64,000 bases of DNA, taken from assembly GCF_036321535.1 (NCBI RefSeq), contig NC_087437.1, forward strand, positions 78,060,001 to 78,124,000. The letters run 5' to 3'. The number at the start of each line of letters is the position of its first letter. Within the stretch, counting starts at the first letter, position 1. The notes below the pieces were generated by a model. The model was not told the origin of the DNA and did not search any database. It saw nothing but the letters and a program-made list of their open reading frames with translations. Positions 1 through 12,477 of this stretch are shown piece by piece. Position numbers and translations under genes: made by a program. This DNA is from Camelus dromedarius (Eukaryota).

Positions 1-504
1 TATTCTGATACATATTTTATTGACATATATTATGTCAATAATAATTGACATATGTTTTTCATACTCACTGCCCTCCAGTCTCATTGCTTAGTGCAGGGCC
101 ATGCAACTGGGGTCTTTCTAGTTAAAAGTAGTTGAAGGGATTTAGAAATGAACATAAAATAGGAGCCTTTTGTTGAAAAGTCAACAATGCACTATAGCAC
201 TATATTTGAAATATATTCATGTAACCTGAATACTGTAGCACCTAGAAGTTTCGGTATAATGAAACTTTATTCTAGATTTTGCTGTTAGCTATTATGCAAA
301 GAACATTTTAGAAATTATTGCCGTTAAGAGAAAACTGGATGTAAGATTTAAATGGCAATGAGTTCTTTAAACTTCAATGTCTTCATAATTTTTACAGGAT
401 AAATAATTTTTTTTTTTTAAATTTAGAGGTTGATTACTTAGTTTCTGGATTATTCTGGCTTCATTAATGTCATTTTCTTTAACTTTCCTTTGCTTGATTT
501 ACAG

Positions 505-589
505 AAGTTTCTATTTCCTACCACTTTTTCTTCAGAAAGTCCTTCAAAAGTTTGATGAAGAAGGCAGTTGAAATTAATGATTTAATGAG
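505..589 (+). other. Candidate spliced exon of an unidentified + strand gene (possibly coding)
   Basis: Pyrimidine-rich tract (ttttctttaactttcctttgcttgattt) then acAG at 503-504; possible donor GAG|gtattt at 590. One frame is open throughout (EVSISYHFFFRKSFKSLMKKAVEINDLM); others read KFLFPTTFSSESPSKV* and SFYFLPLFLQKVLQKFDEEGS*. No protein recognised. Confidence 0.3.
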
Positions 590-1467
590 GTATTTTGTTG
601 ATACCATCTTCCAAGTACCCAAATAATACCTATATGGAAGCTTGCTGTAGTTGCATAGGTTGTTGTTGTTGTTTTGGTCTTTTACTGAATCTCCTGGCTT
701 TTGCATTGCTGTTTCTGCTTTAGATGGTGTATTATGTCATGTGCATACTACGAAGGAAATCTGCTTACGGGGTAATACAAACCTTCATAGTGTAGGAAGA
801 TGGATGATTTTGTTCTCTCACCTTTCTTTTTCCGTAACTTCAATTTTTTAACTTATTAGAATAGTATTAATTTTATTAACAAAAATTATATGATTAAATT
901 TTTAAAATGACTCTTAGACAGAAATAATTAATGTCTACCTCTTTAATCCTTTGCTAAACCCACCTGGGCAATAAGCATACATTTCAGGCAATATCAGAGA
1001 TTTTAAAAACAGTATCAGCATACCAGTTTAGTTATTATATCACTGAATTAACCACTATTTTGATGCTCAGTAGCTTTGACCTTTGTGGTCTCACAGTTAA
1101 GTGACCCGGAGAATGGTTTTTCCTTCATGAAAGTCCATGACTTCAACTACAGAGGAAATGACATTTTCTAAACTAGACAGATGCTTGCCGAAAAAATATT
1201 TCCTAACCACTTGTCAGGTGGAGTGATGTGGGGGAAAACACCCAAAACACCAAAGAAGAGTAGGTGATAGAGGATATCATTTGCACATGAATAGGTCAGA
1301 ATTTCCATCAAAGCTTAGAAACCTGAGTGTTTTCCATGACACAGGAGTTCTTAAACAAGATCTTTATTTTCATTTAACAACCCATTGCTGACTTTCTTAC
1401 ATGAAAGACACGACTTTACTAAAGAGGTAAAGTTCTCTGAAGAATTTTGAATTTGTTTCCATTTACT

Positions 1468-2504
1468 TTTTTGTAAAATAATTTGAAAAATGTATTAAAA
1501 TCCTGGAGTTTTATGGATTTATTGTTTAAAAGAAAATGTGTATCAATAAATGCAGCAGTTAAAATTGTAGTGTGTCTTTAGTAAGATACATTTATCATTG
1601 GTAAGTTAATGTCATGAATTAGTAATTAATACTAAAATTTGTATTGAGGTCACTGATAATGTTTCTATGAGTATATGGAATTCTGTATAGATTTTGTAGT
1701 TTGAAAATAATATTATCTATTATTTTCTAAATAACTAGGTACATATGTGTACATATATATTTTCATATTTTTTATAATAGAATAAATAGGGACCCTTTTT
1801 TGAGAGCGTCCCGAGAATTATTTTAAGGCAAAATTTGCTTTGTAAGAAACGTGGAATAAATTTAGTCTATAATGACATGGAAATTTGGGATAGATGACTA
1901 TTTTTTTAAATTAGTAAGTGGCATATAATATTCTGCATGTTGATTTCTTGGTCTATAAAATGGGCCTTGACAAGGAGGAGGGCTGGAGAGGGAACTGAAT
2001 AATAGTACTTGAGTCTATTGTGTATTTTTTACAGGCTTATACATTTCTGAGGGATAGTTTTAACTGAGCATGAATTTATCCTTTTTTTCATAGTTCTCTT
2101 GGTTTACAAATTGGTTATCTGACAGCTTCTTGCTCTCATGAAATACACATTTTCCTTTCCAAATGGAAAGGCAGAGAGCTTGTTTTATTGATATAATTAA
2201 GATTGTTATTACTAAAATAAAAAACAAATTTTAAAGCATTGCCTATATAATGTTCTAATAATTGGTAAATTTATAATTAAATGAAATTTAAACAAGCAGA
2301 GTAATTGATAAACATGATCTTTTTAAACAGCCATTTGTACTATATTGTTAAAGAGGTAGGATACTCTAAAAAAGGTTTGTATTTTCTCTTTGTCTTTGTT
2401 TTCTTTTGTAAAATAACTTGATAAAATGTATTCCTAGAGTTTGCAGTGGGGAGTGTATTTATTATTCAAAAGAAAACCTGTGTCAATAGATGCAGCAATT
2501 AAAA
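1468..2504 (+). repeat. Diverged ~100-bp direct repeat pair (1468-1564 and 2404-2504)
   Basis: Shared blocks: tttgtaaaataa(t/c)ttga, aaaatgtatt, cct(g/a)gagttt, atttatt(g/a)tt(t/c)aaaagaaaa, tgt(a/g)tcaata(a/g)atgcagca(g/a)ttaaaa. Confidence 0.85.
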
Positions 2505-3174
2505 ATCTTCAAGTGTTGTAAAAAAATAATAAAAGAAGCCAAAATTACTAGAATCAATTTAGTAAATTAAAACTTTAGTCTAATAAGTGGGTCATATATT
2601 CCAGGGACTGCTTTGGCTGGTTTTTCTAATAGTGTTTTTCTAATAATGTCCAGACATAGAATCCAAAGATTCAAGGTGGACATGATCCTGGTGAGAGAAT
2701 ATTATTTGTTTCCCATGATCCAGTGCTTGAATAAAATGAATGAGAGAGAATATAGAAAAGGGAGAACCAGAAAAGGGGGGAGAATACTATGAATGAGTAA
2801 AGAAAAAAGATAAAGTTGGAATTTTATGGAAGAAGCAATTACATGGGTACACATAGTTATCATTAAACATCTAGAATTTAGTAAAATATTGTTTTGAAAA
2901 TGCTTAACATTCAGAGATGATGATTCACTTACCTAAATTTATAATAATGGTCAAAATATGCTTTATTAAATATTTACCAATGCAGGGAAATGTGTTTTAC
3001 AGAAGGCATTGTATAAAATCTGGTGCAGTCATCTGAGAGGTCATAATTTGGGACTAGCAATGTCATTAGAAAAAATGAATAATTATAGCTTAAACACAGA
3101 GTAGTGACAGAGCAGTCAGTTATTAGAATTAAGAACTATAGGCATTTTGTTGGTGCAAAACCGTATAGAATTTT

Positions 3175-3625
3175 GATGAAGACTGTGGACTCAGTCAGAT
3201 TGGTTACTCTTCAAATACAGGCCTCAGCACTTACAAGCTGTGTAATATTGCACAACTCTCTGGACCTCACTTCCTCATCTGAAAAGAAAGGATGATAGTA
3301 GTAGGACCCAAACTCACTGCATTTTTAAGAGGATTAAACTGTATGCATGTGTGTAGTCTTATATGAATATGTGATTGTATGATTGTGTTATTGTGATGTA
3401 TGTAATTGTGTATGTGATTATGTATAAGTAAGTGCTTGCATGTCTGATGTGATTGTGGACTGAATGTAATTGTGTATGTGAAGGTGTGCACATGGTTATG
3501 TGTACATGTATATATATGCATATGTAATTGCATATGTATGTGATTGTGTTCATATATACATGCATATATGACTTGAAGTGTATGTGAAGTTCTTGGAGTG
3601 CTTGACACATAGTAGGTCCTCCATG
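3175..3625 (+). mobile_element. MIR SINE interrupted by a degenerate TG/TATG-rich repeat
   Basis: MIR core (cacttacaagctgtgt...cctcacttcctcatctg...gaggattaaa) at 3175-3340; MIR 3' end (gtgcttgacacatagtaggt) resumes at about 3580-3625. Confidence 0.75.
3341..3585. repeat. Degenerate low-complexity tandem repeat, unit about TATGTGATTGTG
   Basis: Repeated atgtgattgtgt / atgtaattgtgt variants; explains the His/Ile/Thr-rich ORFs on the minus strand. Confidence 0.85.
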
Positions 3626-4707
3626 GAAGTAAATTACAGCTGTAAATGATAATTACACTGAAAGGGAGGGAAGAAAAGGCAGAAGGACAGGGGACAGGTT
3701 GAAAACATTGTAAATACAGAATGAGTGGGGTGAAATTAGCATCCTTTGGTTTGTGTTTAGAAGGATGAAGACTAGTTAGGATGATTAATGGTGAGGGATT
3801 GATTTATAGCTGCAGAAAAGAAGACAGAGGGGCACAAGGTAACACCTCAGAGGGAGGTGATTGCTAGTCTCAGATGTAAGTGGTTCATAAATCAGTGAAT
3901 GAGAAATTTATTTATATTGCTCTATAGAGTTTCCTTGATTTGATTCTAGGTCCTCTACTCTGAATTTCCTAACGTAATTTTTAAAGGGTAGAGTTTTTCT
4001 CCATTCTGCTAATGTATCTCTATGGGTATATATACATGTTCCAAAAACATGTAGGTTATATGGTCTTAGGGAGAAGTTTCTGAAATTTTTCAGCAGTGTG
4101 TTAGAGGTTTGTTGTTGTTATTGTTTCCTTCTGTCACATTAAAATTTAGCTTATTTTAGGATTAAGATACTGTGAGCTTATTCTGCTGGCTTGTGAGCTT
4201 TAGAGTTAACCTTGGACAGTATTTATTAAATGTTTGCACAAGAAGAATTGATGTCACTAGGAGGATGGTAAATATACAAGTTAAATATACCAAGGGTGAC
4301 ACATGGTTGATGACTATCTTCTGTTTGCTGCTAACTTTGAGTATTAAATATCATCTAGATTCCAGATGCAGAAGCATATTCTGTCAACATGTAAAAATGC
4401 ATTTCATTTTGCTTTTATTACACGAATTTCTCTTATTCTGTTCTAGTGCAAATTATAGAATATAGAGTAAATTCTCTCTTCCACAAAAAACTTATAAAAG
4501 GGTTCAAGTACATTCAATAGGTCTATCGACAAAACAATTACTGAGGAAAAAGTTATAACAATGATAAACTTATATTTACTAGATTTTTAAATGTTCAAAA
4601 CATTATAGTCATTGACCAACTAGCTCATGTATTAATCTCTCATAGGTAGAATTATTTGCTTAATCTTTCAGTTGGAAGGAAAGAGTTGTGATTATTTAAA
4701 CATCTTT

Positions 4708-4854
4708 TTTTAATATTCTATTTTATTTTAATTTTGGGGGGTAGGTAACTAGGTTTGTTTATTTTTAAATTTTTTTAGGAGATACTGGGGATTGAACCCA
4801 GGACCTCGTGCATGCTAAGCATGTGCTCTGCCACTTAAGCTATACCAACCCCCC
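4708..4854 (-). mobile_element. tRNA-Ala-derived camelid SINE (Vic-1-like)
   Basis: Minus strand reads GGGGGGTTGGTATAGCTTAAGTGGCAGAGCACATGCTTAGCATGCACGAGGTCCTGGGTTCAATCCCCAG (Pol III A/B boxes) plus an A-rich tail. 11-bp TSD taaacatcttt at 4697-4707 and 4855-4865. Confidence 0.9.
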
Positions 4855-5949
4855 TAAACATCTTTATTCTGAAGAACACAGACTATTTCTGAAAGTTACC
4901 TGAGCTCCATATCATTTTCATGAAATCTGGCAAATGGGAATCATTAATATTTTCATGTTACAGCTAGAGAACAGCAGTAAATTTGAGGAAGAGTGACTTA
5001 CTCAAGGTTATACACACAGGGAATTGGTGGGAGAATTGGTGATTTGGGTTGGCAAGGTCAGTGACTATAAGAGTTGAAAAGACATTTTGTTTGAGGAGGT
5101 CACTGAGTGAAAAGCATTCATTCAGATATGATTACTGTAGCTTGTACCAAATTCTACTTTTATATTCCTTTATAATTTTTCCCAAACATGGAAAAATATT
5201 GCCTAGAGATTTCAGAACTATCTAACTCTGTTTAATAGAATTTTCTCCATTTTAATCTCCATACTCCCTGGAAAACATACTCCCTAGCATTTTCTAGAGA
5301 TGCTAGAATGAAAGTCAAATTCTAATTCGTTAATTTCAAAGGCACCAATGTGTGTCCTCTGAAATATTTAAGGAACATATATTTGCTTCTCCTATTTTAG
5401 ACACAGTCAACTTCTAACCACCCTTACAATTGAGACTTTTCTAAAGAAGTGTTTCTTACATTGCTTTACTTCATCTGTCCAGAGGTTGGAAGTTCATGCT
5501 GATATGCATAAAATGAATCAAGGATAATTCAGTATATAAATCATGTGTTACCATTGTCTGTCATGGTAATTTCCTTAGAATCTCATCATCAATGTCAGGA
5601 AGTAGTAACTGAGCACTGAACATCAGACTCCAGAAGTTTAAAGAGCAGGAGAGGCAGCGCTTCCCGTGAGCAGGCTTACAGTTCACTTAGAGAATGAGAA
5701 GGTGTATTTGAAAATGTAGCTCACATAATGGGATAGGATGTGCTAAGTACTAAATAAGTGGTAAAGCCTGTGAAGGCCACTAGAATTTAATAGTGAGAGG
5801 TTAAAATAAATTGAGGTAATTAGGGGAAAGTTTCATAAAAACTTTAGAAATAAGTTGTTAAAGGAGACGTATGACATAGAGCAAAACTGACAAATAGATT
5901 TCAATTTGAGTGAGAATTCCATTTATTAGATAATGGCTTCCCAGATCAC

Positions 5950-6630
5950 TGTTAAAGATTATGAGACCAATCCAATCAATATATCAAAATATTACTTTTA
6001 TTGAAAGGAAAATTGATTTGCAGAGTATATCTCTTATTTGAGGCCAAAAGGAAGGGCCAGGGCACAACCATTGAAGGCATGACAGAGCAACTGAAGACAG
6101 GACAAACTGATTAGAACCAAGAAGGCAGAAGATTCGACTTCCAGTAGACCTTGAGTTTCATGGCACACCCACAGGTGCTGTGACAATTCCTAGGCTGACC
6201 ATTAAAAGTTCCAAAAAGTGGGTGGGAGCCCAATTCCTGGAAATCCCCGCCCCTTCCCCAACATAGTTAGAATAATCCTCCTGCTTGTTAGCATATGAAA
6301 TTACCGAGCCCATAAAAACTAACAACTCTTGCACCTTGTGGTCTTTCTGTCTCTTGCTTCTAAGACAGCTCGCACTCTGTCTCTGGAGTGCGTATCCACT
6401 CTTACTTTAAACTAAACACCCCCACACCTCTCGGTCTCTCTCCCTCTTGCCTTTTGAGATGGCCCGCGTTCTGCCTGTGGAGTGTGTTATCTCCTAAGTC
6501 ACTTTCTCTTTTGAGTGAGACGGACCCCACTCTGCCTAGAGAGTGTGTATCTCCCTAAGTAAACTTGCTTTCCCATGCCCCACTTTTGAAGTTTTTCCTA
6601 TGCGAGGCAAGAACCTGTTCTCCAGCAACA
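5950..6630 (+). mobile_element. Solo ERV1 LTR, MER41-like
   Basis: TG...CA ends; MER41-type blocks ccgccccttcccc..gaataatcc..cttgttagcatat, cccataaaaact, ctctgtctctggagt, taaacttgctttc, tgcgaggcaagaacc..cagcaaca. The 5' boundary is approximate and no TSD was seen. Confidence 0.75.
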
Positions 6631-7904
6631 CTATGATTTTTCTCTTAAAAAATAAACCTTGAGACTTGCCTGTAGAGAGATGTGAGTGGACAGAACAGAT
6701 CCTTTTCTAGCCAGTTGCTTGTAGAGCCTCAGGATACTTCACAACCAATTGAGATGGGATAAAGAAATTCAGAGAAACAAGAGCAGACAAAGACTTCTAC
6801 TTTCAATCTGGTAAACAGGGCAAGAACAGGGAAAGAGTGTGTTCCCTTCACAAGCAGTGAATTCCAGAGGGAGGGCAAGAGTCCACAGGCCTGGCCACGC
6901 ATGAGCAGTGCCCTTCCACACAGCCTCACTAAGCCATTTCTTTGTTATGGGAAGAAGTACACAAAGGGGTTGGGAAAAACGACCAAATTTCTTCCTATTA
7001 TTCTCAAGATGGTATATATAAAGATGGAAAATTTCCAGCATTTTTCATGCTGTTTCATCAGCCTAGGTAAGAATTTAGAAAGAGGAATGAATTCCACTAT
7101 GTCTGCCATGGGCATGAGGTGAAGGGTTGGTGGCATATCTGCGGAATATTTTTTATCCCTAAAGATGACCATGAAGACATTGTAGTCAGAGATGATGGTG
7201 AGAGAGGAAGGCGTGGAGGCAGGTGTAGGTGATTTGACCCAGATGTAATAGTAACTGTTTGGCTTTGATTATGAGGCCAGGACTGGGGGATGCTAGAGGA
7301 TACTTAGATATGTTTTTATAATTTTCATCCCTCTCACAAAGGACTCACAACCTTTCTTATTCTTTGTTCTCATCTTTCTTTCGCATCGTGGAAAACACCA
7401 GCGATTGGACGCTTCTAGTTTTGTCAGGCAGAAGAGGCTGTTTCCATCATAAACCTTTTTTCTTTGGCTGATGAAGCTTATTCTGGGTGTTCAGGACAAT
7501 TCTTTCTGCATAGCAGTTTCTGTGAGGTGGTCAGGTGTCTAGTGGTTTTTGAATGTAGAAATACAAGTTTGGGAAGAGGGGCGAAAAGTCATGAAAGCTC
7601 ACACCAAAATTATTTCAGTAATTCCCCTTGTCTTTTTATGGTATCTGCGTACTTCTTGGTATTATGATTGTTTGTTAAGCCACTGGCGTTTTGAGGGTAC
7701 CTGATTGAATTTCTGAGTCATGATAGGCTCTTAGTTACACATTGAGATATTTTCTCAGGGCAGTAAATCTGGGTCATTTCATCCCAGATTGTACCTAAGA
7801 GGATGTATATTTGCAATCACAGTCTTGGGATGATGGGCAGAGGGGTGTGGTAGTAACTGTTATCCTGTTATGTTTTTTGCAAGTTGATGCTGTTACATTA
7901 TTAT

Positions 7905-8060
7905 GACCTAGGTTCAAATTCTGAGTACAACACTGAAAAATCTGGAGACCTTAAGCAAATCATCAAACCTCTGTAAACCTCAATCTGCTCATATGTGCAT
8001 TAGGGATAACGCTCTCTGCCTGGCCTACCTTACAGAGTTTTATGAGGATAAAATATAACA
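7905..8060 (+). mobile_element. MIR SINE fragment
   Basis: ggttcaaattctg...gaccttaagcaaatcatcaaacctctgtaaacctcaa...tacctta..gagttttatgaggataaaat. Confidence 0.75.
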
Positions 8061-10176
8061 AAGGAAAATTAGAAAATGTTTACAAATATACATGACTTTT
8101 TATAACGTCTCTAAGACAATTAAAGTGGGCTATAAGATCATTCATTACCTAATTTCTAATTTAAAATGCTCTTTCCTGTAGGAACTTTATTAAACTCCAT
8201 TCTATATTTACTTCAAAAACATCCAAACACGCAGCCAGTGGGCCCTCTAGCAACACTGGCTGATAATTTGGATACACTATTGCCTGCGATCTGGGCAAAC
8301 ATAGAATGTTAAAGAAAAATGCAAGCTTACGGAGGCCAGTCATCCTTAACTGTTTATATATACAGGAGTGTTACAAAATTGGAGTTTGTTTTTAGTAGTT
8401 TACAGTTTCTTGTTTTAACTACAGAATAATGTTTTGAGTTTTATGAACATTAATCTTAGTAAGAATTCTTTACTGGTGTTATATATCATTTGTTGATAGC
8501 CTTAGAGGATCGAATTTTATATAAGAAGTCACATGTTAGTGTGGAAATGGAAAATAGAGCTCATGTGTGTGTTTCATAGTGTACTTGTCATTATCAGTAT
8601 TGGTGATATTGTGTCAGTGTATCAACTCCAGACTGCTTTCAACATGAGCTGTGTATTCTTTTAAAGGCTAGCCTTTATTCACACCTTTATTTTTAGTAGG
8701 TACTGTTTAATCTTGAAACATAAAAAACCATAACACAGTCATCATTCTTAAGTACAGCTTGAAAACACATTTTTAAGAAAATACTCTCTTCCCCAAAGTA
8801 TTCTTTGGACACTGGAACATTGACTTGGGAACAGATTAATTGGGATTGTGTTGCCCTCACAAATAATTGTTTTGGAACTAAATAAGATAATGCGGATTGT
8901 ATTGTATAAACACAGCAGGCTCCTAAAGTCTGTTTTGTTTTGTATCAAAATATTTGTCTGTAACTTGACTAATAAATAATTTTTTTAAGTGGTAATAGTT
9001 GATCAGTATAATAATCTGTCAAGCATATCTATTTTAAACACACACATACATATATACAAACACAAAACACATATATTCTGGGCACTTATGCAAAATGCTA
9101 TGGTATAAAAATTTTGAAAAAGAAAGAAAACTGCAAAGACACAAATACTCTGTCCTTTGCCTCATTAAAGATTATGCCTTTGGAATTTGGGAAATGGACC
9201 TGTCTTTCTTCTTTATCTTTATCAGAAAATATAAAGAATAAGCATCTATTTTCCCTTAAACTCTGTTTCCTGTTAATTCTAACTCCTTCCTTTCCAGGTC
9301 CATCTCCCAATCAATATTGTAAATAGCAGTGGCTAATTCTCGACTTTCCTTACTCCCTGAAGACCAGTGCATAGATGACCTTTTCACCTTTCTTCACTGG
9401 CTAGAGATTGGAGGAGCAAATATATCAGACCGATGACTGTATGACAGGGGACTCTATTTAGTACAATCTAGTTATTTTGTAGAAGCCATACAACTGGTAA
9501 AAGCTGCAAGGGTCATCACTACAGAGAACCATAGAGAACTCTGCTATATCCTGAAGGCAAAATGTTCAGACTTAAATGATGCAGCAATGGCAAAAAAAAA
9601 AAAAAAAAAGAGCTGCTGGGTAGAATCTTTGCATCCTTCAGAGGCTGTAACAACCATGGATCCAACTCTGCCTTACTTATTACTGTATTGTTACAAGTAT
9701 TCCTGAAAGTAATAAATGTTCTCAAATTGCAGCAATTGGCAGGATTTTATTATGATTTTTGACAAACTCATAAAGAGCAAAAGTAAACCCATATATTTTA
9801 GTGAGAAAGAAATTAGTCAAAGATAAAGACCTAATTTTTGTAGCTGGGTAGCAGAGAATCATCTAGTCCATAAAATCATTATGAAGTTTCTCCTCAACCA
9901 GGTGGTCCACAAAGATTACTCTAAAAGTAATTTTCTTGTGTTTTTTTTTTTAAGGCAGAATTGTAACTCATCCTGGGAATTTAGAGCAGTTGATACAGAA
10001 GAATAGTGTTGATATACAAAATAGTCAAAATATTAGCATTGCAAAGATTGGATTTATTAGTGATATATATATATTTTTAATTTAAATACCATTCCATATT
10101 AGCAGCGTTCTTTACAAGGCTGGGTTAGTTCTCAGAAAACTATAACGTGTTTTATCTTTCATTGAACTAGTGTTTG

Positions 10177-10711
10177 TGTTACCCCAAAAGGTAAAGACCC
10201 TGGTTCTTGTCTTACCCGAAAGACAAGTTTACAGTCAGGTGACGGTGCGTTGTATAGTGAAAGATTTTAAAAGATTTATTTAAAAAAAGAAAAAGTACAC
10301 CTCCAAGGATGGGAGGTGGGCTGATCCAGAGGAGGAAAAGCGGTGGTTTTTGTCTCCCTTTTCTCTTATTCCCTCGCTTAGCGATGGTTTCTTGATGGAC
10401 AGCTCTTGTCCCTGGAATGCTTAGTCATGTTCAGTCCCTTTGTGCATGTCCTTACCCATGGTGTACACAGAAAAACCCAAGGGGGGCCTAAACTGCAATG
10501 TTAATTATAATACAATGAGCACTGGATCATGTCTGGTTAAGTCCTTTCCACTACCTCGTAGTTGTCGGGTTTTAACCTGCTTCCTGCTGACACTCGTTTA
10601 GAAGAAGTAAAGCCCCTTTAGGCAGGAGGCGGGCATAACACCATCTTTTGGACCATCCTGCCTCCCCTCCACCTATCTGCCCGGAGCCCCCACTTATCTA
10701 ACTACCTAACA
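10177..10711 (-). mobile_element. Solo ERV1-class LTR (535 bp)
   Basis: TGTTA...TAACA termini; perfect 4-bp TSD tttg at 10173-10176 and 10712-10715; AATAAA on the minus strand (tttatt at about 10275); higher GC than flanks. Confidence 0.85.
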
Positions 10712-11629
10712 TTTGGTTTCCGCTTGGAAATATTTTTGTGTTACTCAATTTTTATCATTCAGTGATGATATTTAATCTACTTTGTATAAAATCACAAAAT
10801 ACTTGTAGTTTTATTATTGTCATTGTTAATATTATTACCAGAGCTTACAAGAAGATCTATCTGAAATCTGCATGAAACCTTATATATTAAATTTACTGAA
10901 AAATGGATTATTTAAGTTTTAGTGTTAATTCATTTAATACAGTAAATTCAGAGATATATCACATTTTAATTCTGGGTAACACGTTTCTAAGACTGCTCAG
11001 GACAGAGTTTATTTCAAAAGCTAGGTAATTCAGTTGTTTCACATGGATCCACATGAATCCACGGTTTACTCAAAGGTCACTGGACTCTTAAGAATACAAA
11101 TGAGATACTCATAACATCACCAACACAGGAATATCTGAGCCAGACACATCGGGAATGTTATTCACTAACCATGATGTTAAAAGACTGTGATGTCATTTTA
11201 GGGCCAGACAAAAAAACAAAAAACAAAAAACAAAAGAGCTGATTCATGCTGAAAAAAGAAAACCCTGAATAATAAGGCAATGGCTCCAAAGCAGTGACCA
11301 GGAAATTACTTTCTGAGTAAGATGCTCCAGGGCAAAAGTCTTTCTTTAACAAATATTGTTTAAGGCAGTGAAATCTGTTTTCCATCATTTCTTTCCTCCT
11401 AGGTGATTAAATGAAGAAGAAAAACCGTCATTTGATAGCCACAGAAGCTATCTACTGAAAGTATATTCAATCATCATAAACATTATTTTTACAGCAAGAC
11501 TAGCAAAAGATACTATGGGGGAATCCCATAAAACATTTTTAAAAAGAAAAAAATGATGGTACCATATATTTTTATGAGGGTTTCAGAGTGATCTGTATGC
11601 AGCTGTTTCCTCCAAGTACTGCCTGAAAT

Positions 11630-11790
11630 TGCAGGCTCTGGTTTTGGAGCCAGATGGTATCAAATTCAGTTCCCAAATGGGAGAGATTTCATAGGCTAAA
11701 GAAGAGGTTCAGGGCTTGTTTTGTTTTGTGACTGAGGATGATTCCTGATTATGCTGTCTATATTTCTCATCTACAAAATGAGATAATCTA
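11630..11790 (+). mobile_element. MIR fragment
   Basis: ggctctggttttggagccagat ... tttctcatctacaaaatgagataat. Confidence 0.5.
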
Positions 11791-12477
11791 TTGTAATGCA
11801 AACACTAAATAATTACCAGGCATTTCATTGCCCATACATTTTAAAGACAGAAAGAAACAGAAAAAGCTAACATGTTCTCAAATTGAAATTTTCTTCTGTT
11901 TCCTGTCTCCTCCTTTTGAAATTTGGGCATATGTAATTCTGTAGGAAAAGACTTATCTAGTTTATTCTCTGAGGTTTACAAGTGGGAGCTGCAAGGTTTA
12001 GTTTGAAAAAGAAAGGACAGACCCAAACACTTAAGTTGTAGACGGGCCTTATCCAACGAAAGCGTGGGGCCTACAAAAGGGAAGTTGCCAATGGGCGTGG
12101 TGGGACGAAACAGCTGACGTAAGCCCTGGTGTGTGTGATTAAGGGATTCACTTATGCGGAGGAGCTGGGATCCTTTATCTAGGCTGACTTAAGTAAGTAT
12201 AGAGTCGCCTAACGTTGACTCAATCCTCCTCACATTGTCCTTTGACTGCGACATATCTGCCTTGTCCTCTTTTGTCTTAGCCCTCTCTTCCTGGACCCCT
12301 TTCATCTCTCCTACTGTTTTGCAATCCAAGGGCAAGAGTTGCCTCTTTAATCCTCCAAACTTTTCCTTAAGGATATGGACTCCTGAAGCACAAAGCTAGA
12401 AAGAGACTCAAGATTTTTTCCCCCCAGTTCTATCATATCACCTTCTTGAGATGATAAGTATAAGATTGCCCAAATCC

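Noticed and set aside
4780..4854. tRNA-Ala genes (also at about 16620-16694 and 27668-27742)
   Set aside because: They are SINE heads: degenerate stems, attached A-rich bodies and TSDs.
7009..7065. Possible exon (ctcaag|ATGG...CCTAG|gtaaga; DGIYKDGKFPAFFMLFHQP)
   Set aside because: Good donor but weak acceptor, no recognisable protein and no partner exons; such pseudo-exons are common.
8232..8262. 9-bp-arm hairpin / CTCF-like motif (also weak matches at about 23375 and 52155)
   Set aside because: Too short for a structured RNA, and the CTCF matches miss key core positions.
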